Shown: positions 1 to 14,000 of the stretch, in pieces | Layout: each line of letters opens with the position of its first letter | Position numbering within the stretch: position 1 is the stretch's first letter | DNA from: Mantamonas sphyraenae STR306 | Lineage: Eukaryota > Protista > CRuMs | Assembly: GCA_026936335.1 (NCBI GenBank) | Contig: JAPMXV010000070.1 | Span: 186,001 to 250,000 of the forward strand | DNA: 64,000 nucleotides | Direction: 5' to 3' | The notes under the pieces: model-generated | Told to the model about the DNA's origin: nothing | The model's database searches: none | The model's input: the letters and a program-made list of their open reading frames with translations, nothing else | Program-made: the position numbers and the translations under genes

Positions 1-289
1 ACGGGGGGGGGGGGGGGTCAGTGCTTGTGGCAAACGCAACGCGGGGTGGACAACGAGGGGAGGGGGAAGAAGAGGACGCAGGCGCATTCCTTGGGAGCAC
101 GTCAACCCATTCACTTACTGTGCACCATGATGGCTACAATCAAACAAGACAGAGTCAAAGGTGACGTGTAGACGAATCCTAGTCTTCCCGTCATGGCTCT
201 GGTGTGACTGTGTGTGTGTGTGTTTGTGCTGAATGTTTGGAAAAGTTGCAAGGTTTGCTTTGCGCTGGCGGGAGCATTGACTTGAAAGC

Positions 290-1668
290 ATGGAGCATTA
301 TAACAGTGGCATCCACCAGCTGCTGGACGGAGAGCTCAAGGAAGCACTGGAGAGTTTCAACCAGGCCATTGCTGAAGACGACAGCAATCCAAACTTTTAC
401 GTCAAGCGAGCACAGACGCATTGTTGTCTGCGCCAGTTCATGGGTGCGTCTCTCCTTCTCGTCCCCTGTGTGCCCCTGTGTGGTGGTCTGTATGCTGACA
501 CCCCCACTCCCCCCCCACATTCCTTCCCACAGAGGCAGTGGATGATACCAACAAGGCCATTGAGCTGAACCCAAGCGAGCACATGGCGTATCTGCGCAAA
601 GGGTGAGTTTCCGCCCAGCCCGAAAAACCACCTTTGCTCTTGCTTCCTTCCCCACACACACACCGTGTCCTGTCGACACGCCCACGCTGACACCCACGCC
701 CATGGTCCACTGCCCACAGCCAAGCTTTGTTTGAAACGGGCGAGTACGAGGCCGCGCAGGAGGCGTTGAAGCAGGGCAAGGCTCTGTCCGATTCTGACCA
801 GTTCGACACTTGGCTGCGCAAATGCGAGGCTGAGCTGGAGGAGGAGGAGGAGGAGGGCGATGGTAGTGACGATGCCACCCCTTCCACCACCGCCACCACC
901 ACCACCACTTCCACTGCATCCTCTGACGAAGCAGACAACAACAGCAGCAGCACAACGAGCACAACAAGCACGACGTCGGCGGAAGCGGAAACCAGCCAGG
1001 CGGAAGACTCGGAACCCATTGTGGCACCACCGCCCAAGTACAGGGAGGATTGGTACCAAACCAACACTCAGGTGTTCCTGACCCTGTTTGTGCGCAACCT
1101 GAACCAGGACAGTGTGCAGGTGGATGTGACGCCCTCGCAGGTGACCCTGAAGTTTGCCCTCAATTCGGGCGAAGACTTTGAACACACGTTTGGCCCTCTG
1201 TATGAACCCATCGATGCCAAGGATTACCAAGTGACCACTCGCACACGCAAGATTGAGGTGGCTGTCACCAAGAAGGCTGCCAATGTGCAGTGGACAACCC
1301 TCTTGGAGACGGGCATCACCGACGAGGAGCGCAAATCGGTGAGCAAGGTCCAGTTTGCAGACACCAGCAACGTACGCAAGGACTTGTACCCATCTTCCAA
1401 GGGCGATAAGAACTGGGATGAAATCGAAAAGATGGTGGTCACCAAGGAGGACGAAGACGAGGCGGACGGAAAGGACGGCCTCACCAAGCTCCTCCAGCAG
1501 ATCTACGGCAATGCCAGCGAAGAAACACGCCGTGCCATGAACAAGTCCTTTGTTGAGTCCAACGGCACCGTCCTCAGCACAAACTGGCAAGATGTCGGCT
1601 CCCGCTACGTGGAAGGCTCCCCGCCCGACGGCATGGAGATGCACGACTGGAAGGAGGCTCACAAGTGA
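290..1668 (+). CDS. SGT1: SGT1/SUGT1 Hsp90 co-chaperone (TPR-CS-SGS), 3 exons: 290-443, 533-602, 720-1668
   Basis: Phase-compatible GT-AG introns (444-532, 603-719) join TPR helices (EALESFNQAI; DDTNKAIELNP) to a CS domain (KYREDWYQT...KIEVAVTK) and the SGS motif RRAMNKSFVESNGTVLSTNW. A small upstream exon cannot be excluded. Confidence 0.93.
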
Positions 1669-1781
1669 GACCCGTGTGGGTGACACAACGCACACAGGAC
1701 CAGCTCAAAAAGCACAACTTCCACCCCCACAACAAACACAGACGCTTCTCCCCAAACAACCCCCAAATCCCCTCCCGCTTC

Positions 1782-2990
1782 ATGGAGTCTGTCTTGCACG
1801 ACGTCATCCGAGAGCAGAGGGAGCAAATGGTGGCCTACAAGGTGTGTGTGCGGCGATTCCGCGTGGGTGGGTGTTTGCTCGAATGTGCTCGGCTGACATC
1901 AGGAACACAGCGCGAGGTGGAGCAACTGCGTCGGCGTGCACAAGAGGCTCAGTGGGCGCTGGAGGAAAAGGAGAAGCAGGCAACGGCATGTGTGCGTATG
2001 CAGGAGAAATTGCAAGCACGTGTGCACAGCATCGATGGCCTTGTAGGCCGGATGGAAGCGGAGCTCGCGAAAGCCAAGGCACAGCTGGATCAGCACGAAG
2101 CAGAAATGGCCTCCATGCAGTTTGCACTGCAGGAAGCTGTCGATGTTGGAGAGCAGGAGCACGCACAGTGCACAACCATGCGCACAGAGAGAGATCAAGC
2201 CGTGCGAGAGAACGAATCCTTGCGGACCTCTTTGGCTGCCCTAACCGATCAGCACGCAGCTTCAGAAAACAAATGCAACACTCTGAGTGACCAGTGCCGA
2301 CGGTTGGAACAGCAGAGTACCCAGATGCAAGAGGAAATGGAGACATTCAAATCGATGGCGGGCAAAGTTGACGATCTGCAGGAGCAACTGAGTCGTGCTC
2401 GCGATGAAGTTGCCCATGCCCAGAGTGAAACCTATGCTTTGCAGACACAACTTACGCGGAAAGAACACGCCCATGCCCAGGCGTTGCGGACACTGCATGC
2501 CCAACACGCAAGCAAAGTGACCACTTTGCAACAAGAGGTCCAACAGGAGCGGCAGACGAAGGACATGCTGCAAGCGCAGTTGCAGAGACGAGTTGTACAT
2601 CGCCCTAGGACGACCTCCCATGCACGTGGGCAAAGCGACGATGTAGAAAGTATTTCGTCGACGGACGATCCCCCAGCGCGCAACGACGACGACGCAGACG
2701 AGGATGTGATTGAAGACGACGGAGAGAGCTCCGGAGCCGCCGTGGCAAGAGAAGATGATTGCCCAGACGCATCTCTGTGTCGATGTGGCGCAGCTGCGTT
2801 TGGCACCATGATCGAGTGTGCGCGCTGCGCAGCCACCTATCACGCAGGTTGCCTCTCCTTTGCAGAGAAGCGACGCAAGGTCACCCAACGCCATGGCAGT
2901 CAGCGGACACGCCTGTCCGCATCCGAACCTGTGCTCAATGTCATGGCAGAGACAAGTAGAGAGCCGCACACCTCACGCCATGAAAATTTT
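1782..2990 (+). CDS. Coiled-coil protein with C-terminal PHD-like finger (3' end uncertain)
   Basis: ATG at 1782, probable in-frame intron 1842-1910, long Q/E/A heptad region, then CRCG...MIECARCAATYHAGC. The ORF-track extension to 3743 is antisense to HslV and is probably not real. Confidence 0.6.
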
Positions 2991-3077
2991 GATTCAAACC
3001 CAATTCCAAAACAATCGACCCATACCCAAATTCCAATGTCAATCAAAATTCATACATCCAACCACAGCCACATGTCC

Positions 3078-3812
3078 TCACTCCTTCTCATGACCAGCAT
3101 CGTCTTTAGATTCACCGTCCTCCTCGCCGAGACTTTCTGGAATGGCCTGTACGACAAAGTTGTCGTTGGTGTAGACACAAATCTCACTTGCCACTTGCAT
3201 GGCGCGCCGTGCGATGGTCATGGCATCCAGATCCTCGGGATACAGGGCACGGGCCGCGGCAAGGGCGTAGTTGCCACCCGAGCCAATGCCAACGACGCCG
3301 TCCTTGTGATGAATGAGGTCCCCGTTGCCTGTGAGGGTGTACGAGTTGTCCGAGTCGCTGACAATGATCACCGCCTCCAGGTTGCGGTAGGCTCGTTCCA
3401 TGCGCCACGAACGGACCAGAGACGTGCACGCACGCAACAACTGTCCCGGATACTCTTCCAGGCGTGTCTCCAGCAGCTCCATGAGGGTGAGGGCGTCTGC
3501 AGCACCGCCGGCAAAACCAGCCACCACTTCGCCGTCCTGGCCAAGCCGCATGACCTTTGTGGTGTCTCCCTTGACCACTGTAGGACCCAACGACACCTGA
3601 CCGTCTCCAATGCACACAACCTCATTGTTCTTGCGCACCGTGAGGATCGTGGTGGCCCGTGCCGCCGTCGTGGAAAACCCGGAGCTGGACCCGCTTTGCG
3701 TCCGGCTGCCCTCCAACCCCACGGGTTGTCCTCCCACGGATGAACCACACAACCTCAACGCTGACGTGGCACGCATGCAGCCCCTCTGGCTCCCAACAGC
3801 ACGAGTAAACAT
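3078..3812 (-). CDS. hslV: HslV (ClpQ) protease subunit with N-terminal mitochondrial-type presequence
   Basis: Mature N-terminus TTILTVRK (Thr1 codon 3651-3653), GDGQVSLG, GFAG..ADA, GIGSGGNYALAAARAL, ICVYTN. It is preceded by a ~53-aa R/S/A/G-rich leader ending AARA. Confidence 0.93.
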   Translation of the reverse strand: MFTRAVGSQRGCMRATSALRLCGSSVGGQPVGLEGSRTQSGSSSGFSTTAARATTILTVRKNNEVVCIGDGQVSLGPTVVKGDTTKVMRLGQDGEVVAGFAGGAADALTLMELLETRLEEYPGQLLRACTSLVRSWRMERAYRNLEAVIIVSDSDNSYTLTGNGDLIHHKDGVVGIGSGGNYALAAARALYPEDLDAMTIARRAMQVASEICVYTNDNFVVQAIPESLGEEDGESKDDAGHEKE

Positions 3813-3891
3813 TGTTATGGAAAACGAAAACGTCGTCGAGTTGCCCCGAGTGTCGCTCTTCATTTCGGCGCAGTTCAGCCACACGTCGCAT

Positions 3892-4922
3892 TCACACATC
3901 CACACTCATCTGACTGTCCTGCTCTTGTGCCCCGTCTTGCTCTTCCTTCTCTTCTGCTGTTTCCTCTTCATCTCCCTGTGTGGTGTTTCCCTCTTCTTCC
4001 GTCTTGCTCTCCTCGCTTTCCTGCGCATCCTCGTCCTCTGCGCCCTCTCCACCGTTGTCCTGGTTGTTTGCAAACTCGCCTGTGTTGACGAGTGGAAAGA
4101 AGCAAGGCATAATGTGTGTGTACCACGCCTGGTCGACATCGAGAAAGGTGTTGAAGATCACCAAGTCCACCTTGTCCCCGTTCTCCTCCAGCCATTCACG
4201 CACTGCACGCAATGCCACCACCGCTGCATTGCCATTGGGGTATCCATAGATGCCTGTGGACACACACGGGAAGCTCACCACACGCAAGTCGTTCTCCACC
4301 GCCACTTGCAGCGAACGTACATAGCAGCTGGCCAGCAGTTGGGCATTGGTGGGCCTTCCATCCTCCCCAACCGTGTTGTTGCGTGACGAGTAGATGGGTC
4401 CCACAGTGTGAATGATGTGTGACGCACGCATGTTGAATCCCGGCGTGATCTTGGCATCGCCCGTGTCGCACCCATCCAGCTGCCGGCAGTACTCGTACAG
4501 TTCACGCCCTGCTGCACGATGAATGACTCCATCGATGCCACCTCCACCCAACAGCTGTGGCATGCATTGCCGGGTAGTGTTAGCGCATGAGAACCGGGGT
4601 GTGAGGGGTTTGCTTCAATTTGAATTCGCTCAAACCCTCTGCTGCCCCTGCTTGCGCCCACTCATCCCTCATGAACCCTGTGTGTCCGCCTTCCTCACAC
4701 AGCCAAACCTACGCTGCGGTTGGCTGCGTTGACCACAGCATCCACCTTCAGGTCGGTGCAATTCCCTTGCCACAGCGTCACTTTGCTGTTCAACGTCTCG
4801 TCCACAGGCTTCTGCTGGCCAAACTTGTGCTTGGCATACGCTGCCTCCACATCCTCCTGTGCAGGACACAGCTCAGGCCAGCGGGTGATGTTGGAGGCTG
4901 TTACAACCGAGGTGGAGCTCAT
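3892..4922 (-). CDS. MacroD-type macrodomain ADP-ribosylhydrolase / O-acetyl-ADP-ribose deacetylase, 2 exons (4713-4922, 3892-4554)
   Basis: Splicing restores DAVVNAANRS|LLGGGGIDGVIHRAAG. HIIHTVGP and SFPCVSTGIYGYP are present, followed by an acidic tail. Confidence 0.9.
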
Positions 4923-5039
4923 GGATTTCAATGGCCCAGCTACCGCAGTTTGCTTGGCCTTTGGACGGCCAATCATATCACCTGTGTCGTCCCCGGAACA
5001 ACAGCACGCAATCTCCACACTCTTATCCTGTATACAATC

Positions 5040-8000
5040 ATGATTGGAGCCGTGCTTTTGCAAGTGGACTTTGACAATGCCTTTAGCGACGCCGGTGTCG
5101 CAGGGCTGATTCTTGGTGTGATCTTTCTGCTCATTGTCGTGCTTGTGGTGTGGCTGACCAACCGCAAGGTGAAGAAATCACGAGCAGTGACCATCGAGAC
5201 ACAAACGGACGAATGGGTGGAAATCATGTTCCGACCTGCCAACCAGGGCAAGAGCGCCATCTTTCCCGAGTGAGTGTTCGCACACAAGCCCCCCCAACCG
5301 CACTGCACGGGCGCCGCACACGTCCCATACCCCATGCATACATCCATCGACACATGCACCCTGTGCACACTGTATACGCGTGCCACCTTGCATCGGTCTC
5401 ATGTGCTCTGGCGCCCTGTGTGCGCTTGTCCAGCTCTCGTTTTCCCACTGGACATGCTCCCAGCTGCCGCATCATCACAATCTCCCCGAACCCGAGTTTT
5501 AGCCCTCGCTCACACCGCACCCTGCACCCTGTGTGCCATCGTAAACGACACATGGGACGCATTGCCACGTCATCCACCCATCCCCCCGCAACTCCACTTT
5601 CCCCACCCCCGCTACCCACCACACACACAGTGCGACGATTGTTTCAAGCAGCCCGTCGTCAGGATTGGTGAGCGGCAACACCGACGTTGCGTTCAGCGGA
5701 TCCGGATACCTTGCCACGGACACAGAGATCATGGTGCGCTTCTGGGATGGCAACTTGTCATTGGAAGTGCAGGGCAGATTGGATGAACAGGGACAAATCC
5801 ATTGTTTGACCCCCGATTTTTCCAACTACGATCTGCCCATTCCCCACACTGTCCGTGTGCAGGTGGCCATCGACTATGCACGTGGCGAATGGTCCTCCAC
5901 CGTGCTGGACTTTCTCCTCTTTGATCTTGCGGAGCTGCATGCCGTGCAGCCTGCTCTGGGGCCCAAGCAGGGCTCCACACAGATCAGCATCGGAGGCAAC
6001 AACTTTTTCGAGACCGGCGAAATCAAGGTGCGTTTCCGCTCGCCCAACGGTGACCATCAGGCGTTGTGTGACGGCAGTTACGACGAGGAGAACAACGCGG
6101 TGACATGTGCCACGCCTGCCTTTGTGCAATGCGAGCGGGTGTGGATCGACGTTGCCTTGAACGGTCAGCAATGGTCCCTGGACAACTCCATTTCCTTTCT
6201 TTACTACGACGCCACTCCAGACGAGCCCACACCCGCGTGTGGACCCATTACAGGTGACACCCATCTGCGTGTGCCTGGCGAAGGCTTTGTGCACAGCGAC
6301 CTCCTTTCCTCGCGTCTCCTCCTCTCCCTGGACGAGACCCAATGGCGCGAGTGTGCCCACACGGAACTCAACGAAGATGCCTCCATGCTGTCCATCACCA
6401 CCCCGTCGTTGGACGATCTCCTCGACACCATGGCCTTCCCTGCCACCCTGCGGCTCCAGGTCACCTTCAACGGACAACAGTACACCGCCCCCGTGCCCTT
6501 TACCGTGTACGATGTCCACATGCACGCTGCTGTGCCTCCTTGTGGTCTCGTCACAGGCGGCACCCAGGTGCAACTCCATGCCGATGGGCTCATTGCAAGC
6601 GATGAGGTGCGTGTGCGTGTCTCCCTCCCTTCCGGCGGCGACGACAACGCAGACAACAACGAAGATGGCACCTGGTTGGATGTGCCTGGACGTGTGGATC
6701 TGCATGCGGATCAGCCTCACGTGGCATTCACCATGCCCGACTTTGAACAGTTGCTCGGTGGCCAACCAGATGCACCCGTGGCACTGAACCTGCAGGTGAG
6801 TCTCAACGGAGGACAACAATTCACAGAGGCACGCATGCCATACTCTGTGTATGCCACACCGTCCATCACTGCGGTGGATCCCATCTGTGGACCACGCGAA
6901 GGCGAAACCCTGCTTGCTCTCAGCACACAGCGCGTGTTTGCCCTGGAGCCCCAGCTGTTGCAGGTCATGCTGGTGCATGGCGACGATTCGTTGGTGGTGA
7001 CGGGTCGATTGGAAGAGGAGACAGAGGCAGGCCAGCAGCGGGTGGTGGTGACCACCCCCGAGGTAGCCCTCGTGGGCCCTTATGCTCTCTATGTGTCCAT
7101 GAACGGCCAACAGTTTGAGAGCGTGCGCCAAGACGACGTGTTGTTTCATTACTACGACAGCACCTTGGAGGCAATTGAGCCCGGATTCGGGCCTGTGGAG
7201 GGTGAAACACAGGTGCGCATTGTTGGCACCGACTTTCTCGACTCGCCACACATCCAGGTGCGCATCTTTAACGACAAGTACATGCACGCAGGACATGCAC
7301 ACAGTGCACAACAGCAGCAGGGCCAGCAGGATGGCACGCTGGCCGTCTCGCATGTGCTTCCCGGTGTGTACGACCACGAAACGGGGCATGTGGTGGCCAC
7401 CACACCCGACTTTCGTCCCAACGAGTTTGCGCTCCCGCAAAAGTTGCATGTCACACTCTCCCTCAACGCACAACAGTTCTCCAACGTGTCGCTGCCCTTT
7501 GTCATCTACCACCCCAAGCTGTACTCGTTGGACCCTGCCACGGGACCCATCACAGGCGACACGCGTCTGACGCTCAACGGCGATGGCTTTGTCAGCGGCG
7601 ACGACCCACACGTGCTGTTTTCGTCTGCAGGAGGCGACGGCAACGACTCCAGTGAGGCACGTCACGTGCAACGTCCTGCCCTGAGTGCCCCTCCCTCCAC
7701 GCTGTCCTGCACCACGGGAGACATGCAAGAGATGCTGCAAGGGGTGGCTGCCGCCCAGTTTCCCGTGGAAGTGTACCTGCGTGTGTCGTTCAACGCCTGC
7801 CAGCAGTGGAGCGAGGCTGCCATCCCCATGCGTGTGTACCTGTCACCGGACATTGTGGACGTGCAACCGCGTGGAGGACCCATCCAAGGAGGCACCCACA
7901 TCCGCCTGTTTGGACAACATCTGTTTGAAACCCACGAGATCATGATCAAGTTCCAGGAGAACCACGATCTGGCAGCCAAACGCACCACAGGCTTCATCCA

Positions 8001-11000
8001 GGACCAAGACGACGCAAGCACAGGCACAGAAGACGACGACACAGCCACCTCCACAGGCGATGTTGTGTTGGATGTCATTGACGAGGAGGGCGGCGGCAAG
8101 AGAGGCAGTGTGGGCTCCATCGGCTCGTCCACCTCCACCTCCACCACATCGTCGTCGTCGTCCCCCGCTGCTACCAAAAAGAAGGACAAAAAGGGACGCT
8201 TCTCACTGTTTTCCTCCTCGTCACGCAAGTCGCAGGCGGCGCTCAACACCCCCGGTCGTGCGAGTGAACCCATGCCAGGCACGCCGGCCACGTTTTCGGG
8301 AATTACCAACGCCAAGCGCATGGCAAAGTCGCGACGCAACAGCATCGGCCCTGCGTTGGCCGCTCAAATGCTGGCCAAGGGCATGCAGGCACACAGCGTG
8401 TCGATTGCAGGGTCGTACAACGAGGAGGGGGCAGAGAACGACGGAGGCGTGCTGATGTGCACCACACCCGAGTTCCGTCTCAACACGCCGGCAGAGGTGC
8501 TGGTGGCACTCAACGGTCAACAGTTTGTGCTTGCGCAGCTGCCGTTCCAGTTCTACCACGCTGTGATCAGCCACATTGTGCCGGGTGGCATGCAACTCGA
8601 GGGAGGCACGGATGTGGTCATCCACGGCCACAACTTTCCGGATCTGGGCCAGCCCATTTGGGTGGATTTCACCTGTGGGGACATCAGCCACCAGGTGGAG
8701 GCCACACGAGAGGACGAGCATCGCATCCGCTTGGTGACCCCCTCGTTTGCCGAGGAACGCGAGTCCATCCCACTGCCCGGTGTGTTGTACGCCACCGCAT
8801 GTTTCAATGGTCAGCAGTGGACCACGTCGGCGGCAGAGATCCTTGTGTACGATCTGCAGCTGGCCGCCTTGTCGCCCATCTCGTCCCCTGTCACGGGTCA
8901 GACAGAGATGTTTGTGTATGCAGACGGGATGGTGGCTGTGGAGGACGATGCATACGTGCGCTTCGAGGTCGATGGTCAGGTGATGGAAGTGCCGGGCATC
9001 CTGGATGGCAGTGGCGTGCTGTGCACCAGCCCCGACTTTTCCGCACACGACATCGAATTGCCCGCACGTGCACGCATCCGCGTGTCCCTGAACGACGGAC
9101 AGCAGTACACGGATGAAGACAAGGCCCTGGAGTGCATCCTGTATCCCAAGCCTCATCTGACGGCGCTGTCGGTGAAGTGTGGGCCGGCCACGGGGGCCAC
9201 GCCGCTGTACATCTACGGCAGCAACCTGGTGGACACGGGTGAGGTGCAGGTGCGCTTTGTGTTGGCAGGAGGCAAGAAGAAGCAGGACGATGGGAGCAAG
9301 CAGGGTGAAACAAAGACAGAAGGCAAGGGTGGTGGTGGCGACGAGGATGACGAGGACGGAGGAGAGGATGTGGAAGTGGACAAGGAAGAGGACAAGAAGA
9401 AGAGCAAGAAAGAAAAGGCCAAGGAGGCGAAGGAGGCCAAGAAGAAAGCCAAGGAAGCCAAGGAGGCCAAGAAGAAGAAGGACAAGAAGGCCAAGGGAAA
9501 GAAGGGCAAGAAGGAAGAGGAGGAGGAGCAGGAGGAGGAGGAAGACGGGAACGGGGAGGAAGGAAAAGATGGATCCAGCAGCAGCAGCAGCAGCAACAAC
9601 AAGAAGGAAACCATTACAGAGGTGGTTGTGGCTGGTACGGTGGATCTGGAGAACGGTGCCATCTACGTGGAGACACCGAGTGTGGATGGAGCCATGGTGG
9701 GCAGCATCCAGGTGGCTCTGAACGGACAGCAGTTTGAGGCATACCCTGAGCTTGAGTTTACGTACCATGATGCGGTGGCAGAGTACACCAGCCCTGGCAC
9801 GTGTCCTGTGTCTGGCGGCACGCAGCTGAGTGTGCACGGCCGCGGCTTTGTGGGTGTGGACGACGTGTGCGTACAGATTTACTACAGTGACACGCAGTCG
9901 GTGTACGTGGATGCCCAGGTGGTGTCAGACACAGAGTTGAAGATGGAGGTGCCGGACTTGCGTGGGTTGGAACTGCCTGTGGCCACGCAGGTGCAACTGT
10001 ACGTTTCGTTCAACAAGAAACAGCAGTGGACAGAGGCACCGGTGACACTGCTGGTGTATGCCGACCCGGTGTTGACCAGTGTGAGTCCGTTTGGAGGACC
10101 CATTGCAGGCGGCAGCTACGTGTACGTGTACGCCGAGACGCAGCTGTTGGAAACCAACGAAATCAGTGTGCGCTTCGACACGGAAGGCGAGGGCACAGGC
10201 GAGGTGGTGGGTGCATCGTACATTGCCGACTACGACGCGTTGATGTGCCAATCGCCCGCTGTGGGTGCGGCACACAAGGTGACCATGCATGTGGCCTTGA
10301 ATGGCCAACAGTACGTTCAAGTGGGCACTCCGTTTGAGTACTACGATGCCATTCTGGGCCAGCTGTCGCCGTGCAGTGGACCTTTGGCAGGCATGACCGA
10401 GGTCCACGTGGAGGGCGAGGGCCTGTTGGATGTTGAAACAGCCGCACTTCGCTTTGTGTCCGGTGTGGCCGACGGTGAGGAGAACGAGGAGATGAAAGAG
10501 GTGGAAGAGGAGCTGGCATCGGTGAAGAAGCTGCTGTCCACCAAGAAGAAGGGCCTTGCGTCGATGGAACAGATGAGCAGCATGTACGCCGAGGGTGGCG
10601 AGGAACTGGAGTCGGCCAAGGAACAGATGGATGGGGAGATTGAAGGCCTGCGTACGGAAATCGAGGGTCTGCAGACGCAAAAGAGCGAGTTGAAGAAGCG
10701 ACGAGAGGCACTGAAGCGTACGATCTCGGCACAGGTGGCCACGGCGATGGACAACAGTGTGGAACCGCCTCGGTTTGTGGCCATGTCGCCCTCGTTGGCA
10801 GAGGTGGAAGGCGTCGTGGTGCCGCTGAAATTGCGTGTGGAGTTTGCGCTGAATGGGGCGGATTACGTGCCGCTGGCACACTCGTTCACCATGTACGGCC
10901 AGCCGCAGGTGGAGTCGGTGTGGCCTGCCATGGGACCCACGAGTGGAGACACGGAGGTGGTGATCACGGGTTCGGATCTGCTGGAAACAGGGGAAATCAA

Positions 11001-14000
11001 GGTGCACTTTGACGCGCAGGACGATGACGGCCCGCCGGTGGAGGTGGATGGGTGGTATGACGCAGAAAGGGGTGGGGTGGTGTGTCGTTCGCCCAACAAG
11101 GAGACGGTGGGCATGTGTGTGGTGCGTGTGGCGCTGAACGGACAGCAGTACACAGAGAGTGGGGCCTGGTTCGAGTACACGGCATACGCAGCGACTGGCA
11201 TCGATCTGACGTGGGTGGAGATGAGAGGCAGCACACAGATCCAATTGGCAGGAGAGAACATCCCAGACACGCCGGCCACAGACGCCAAGGTCAAGTTTGT
11301 GGTCAAGCGAGACGAAGACTTGGATGGGATCGAGCCGGAAAACAATGCAGAGGAAGGGGAAGAGGGAGAAGAAGGAGAGGAGGCAGAGGAAGGAGAGGAA
11401 GGAGATGAGAAGAATGATGAGCAGGTCCATGGAGGCGATGATGACGCAGACAAGGAGGAGGGGAAAGAAAGGGAGGACGAGGAGAAGGACGACGACGATG
11501 ACGTGTATGTGGTGGATGCAAAGCAGTTGGAGGATGGAACACTGGCTGTGGAGACACCTGCATTGACGAGACACCGTGTGGAGGGTGGTGAATGGCGCGA
11601 CGTGCAGGTGTTTGTGTCTCTGAACGGGCAGCAATACGATGAGGACCATGCGTTGGCGGTACGCGCGTATGCACGACCAGAGGTGGTACGCATCGAGCCC
11701 GAGTGTGGACCGAAGGAAGGAGAGACCAAGGTGACACTGCATGGAAGCGGATTCGTGGACACCGGGTTGATTGAAGTGTGTGTGGGCGACTCTGTGCTGA
11801 GGGCACAGTTTGAGGACGATCAAACGCTGGTGGTGCTCACCGAGGGAGTGGAAGTGCTGCCCGGATCAACAGTGGTAGAAGGAGAAGACGACGGAGGAGA
11901 GGGAGAGAGTGACGAGGAGGAGGAGGAGAGGAGGAGAAGGAGGAGAAGGAGGCAGTTGTCGTGGGTCTGGTGCCCATCTCGGTGGCGTTGAACGGACAGC
12001 AGTGGACAGAGAAGGATGCGCATCGGGTGGGATTCCGATACCACGACGCACAGTTGGAGGGAGGATGTATGCCGGACATGGTGGATGTCACCGGAGGCAC
12101 GGAGGTGCACCTGCCAGGCAGCGGCCTGATTGAGACAGAGGCAGACGATGTGCTTGTCAAGTGGATGGAGGGAGTGATTGTGCCTGGGCGCGTGAGCCAG
12201 GATGGCAAAGAGATTGTGTGCACTTCGCCTGACGTGAGCGAACATCTGAGTGTCAACGGCCCTGTGTCGCCTGTGGTGTCGTTGAACAGTGGACAGCAGT
12301 GGACAAGCAGCAGTGCACACGTGCAGGTGTTTATGTTGCCAGAGATCAAGGGTGTTGCCCCACACATGGGACCCATGCAAGGTGGCACACGTGTGGTTCT
12401 CACAGGCGACGGCCTCGTGGAGAGCAGTTTTGCGTGTGTGACAGTGGATGGGAACGCTGCGACAGCTGTGCCTGCAGAGTGGCTGGGCGATGGGTCGTAC
12501 GCGTTTGTGGCACCCGAATGGACGGGCGAATCGGCGCAGGAGGTGGAGATGGCGCTCAGTCTGGATGGGCAACAGTTCCCCAGCACGTTTGCATACAGGT
12601 ACTACGACGCCACGATGCTCTCTGTGGCCCCGTTGGCAGTGCGTGTGGATGGCGGCGACACGGTGCGTGTGGCTGGCAGTGGGTTCCCCGACGAGAGCGA
12701 GGCGATGGAGGTGGTTGTGCGTTGGACGCAGCGTGAGGGAGCGGCCGTGTGTGAACAGAGGCATGTGGTGATGGTGAGCGAGGGTAGTGTGGAGATTGAG
12801 GTGAATGACCTGCGTGCAGAACTGGAGGATGCGGTGGTGAGTGTACAGCAGGGTGAAGACAGACACATGCCCATGTACGACATGGCATTGTCGTTCAACG
12901 GAGGTCAACAGTTCACAGAGGGCTTGCCGTTGGGAGTGTACACACAGCCAGCGCTGGAGAGCATCACGCCAACCAACGGGCTTGCGAGCGGAGGCACAGA
13001 GGTGCGTGTGCGTTCCAGCATGCTGGTGGATTGGGACAAGGAGGCACGTGTGCGTGTGGTGCGTGCAGACGGACGCACGAGCGACGAGGTGGCAGTGCGG
13101 TTCGACAAGACTCACGGTGGGGAATACGTGGTGCAGTTGCCCCAGCTGACGTGGTGGGACACTGAAGATGGTGGCAAGGAGAGGGAAGAGAAGGAGGAGG
13201 AGAAGGAGAAGGATGGTGAGGAGGATGGTGAGGATGCAGGAGAGGACAAGGGCGGCGACAAGGAGAAGGAGGGCTGGGAGACGGTGGAGGTGCAGGTGGC
13301 TGTGAATGGCCAGTCGTACGGGGTTGACTCTGGGGTGGCATTGCATCTGGGAAGTGCTGGAGTGGCAGACATTGAGCCTGTGGGGGCACCCGTGGAGGAA
13401 GACACGACGCTGAAGCTGGTGGGCCAGGCAGGCGGGCTCAAGGCCATGGAGGATGGGATTGTGGTGCGACTGGACATGGGTAGCAAGAGCGTGGAGGTGG
13501 AAGCACAGCTGGAGGAAGAAGGGGCGTTGGTGTGTGTGGTGCCCAGTGGCCTGGATGCAGGGTTGTACCGCATGGCAGTGTCGATGAACGACGGCCAGCA
13601 ATTCCACGAGCTCAGCCAACGTCTGACGGTGTACGAAGAGCCGCAGCTGGTGGAGGTGACACCGATGGGAGGCCCATTGGATGGAGGGACGGAGATTCGC
13701 ATCCAAGGCACACGGTTGATTCCCATGCGTGGCACACGTGTGCGGTTTGTGGGGGAAGCCGTGGGTGGCGAGGGAGAGGAGGTGGAAGCCACGTGTGCAG
13801 ACGACAGGAAGAGTGTGCGTGCGGTGACGCCTGCGTTTGTGCAGGAGGACATTGCACGTGTGCAGGTGTCTCTCAACGGCGTGCACTACGCAAGCAAGAG
13901 TGTGCGCTTTGCCTACTATCGGGTGGCATTGACACGTGTGGAGCCTGTGGCAGGACCGGTGCAGGGAGGCACTGTGATCCAGGTGCACGGCAGTGGCTTT

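Noticed and set aside
3-17. Poly-G run at the window start as a telomere or G-quadruplex element
   Set aside because: It is a single homopolymer similar to G/C runs in introns elsewhere in the window, with no telomeric repeat unit.
3078-3812. HslV or the aminopropyltransferase as bacterial contamination
   Set aside because: Both are embedded among intron-containing genes with similar composition, and HslV has a targeting presequence.
5758-13988. Long antisense ORFs (e.g. 5758-7740, 8221-9837, 9925-11823, 11820-13988; also 23873-25597, 50428-51991)
   Set aside because: These are shadow frames of GC-rich, codon-biased genes on the other strand, with H/L/V-rich translations and no recognisable motifs.
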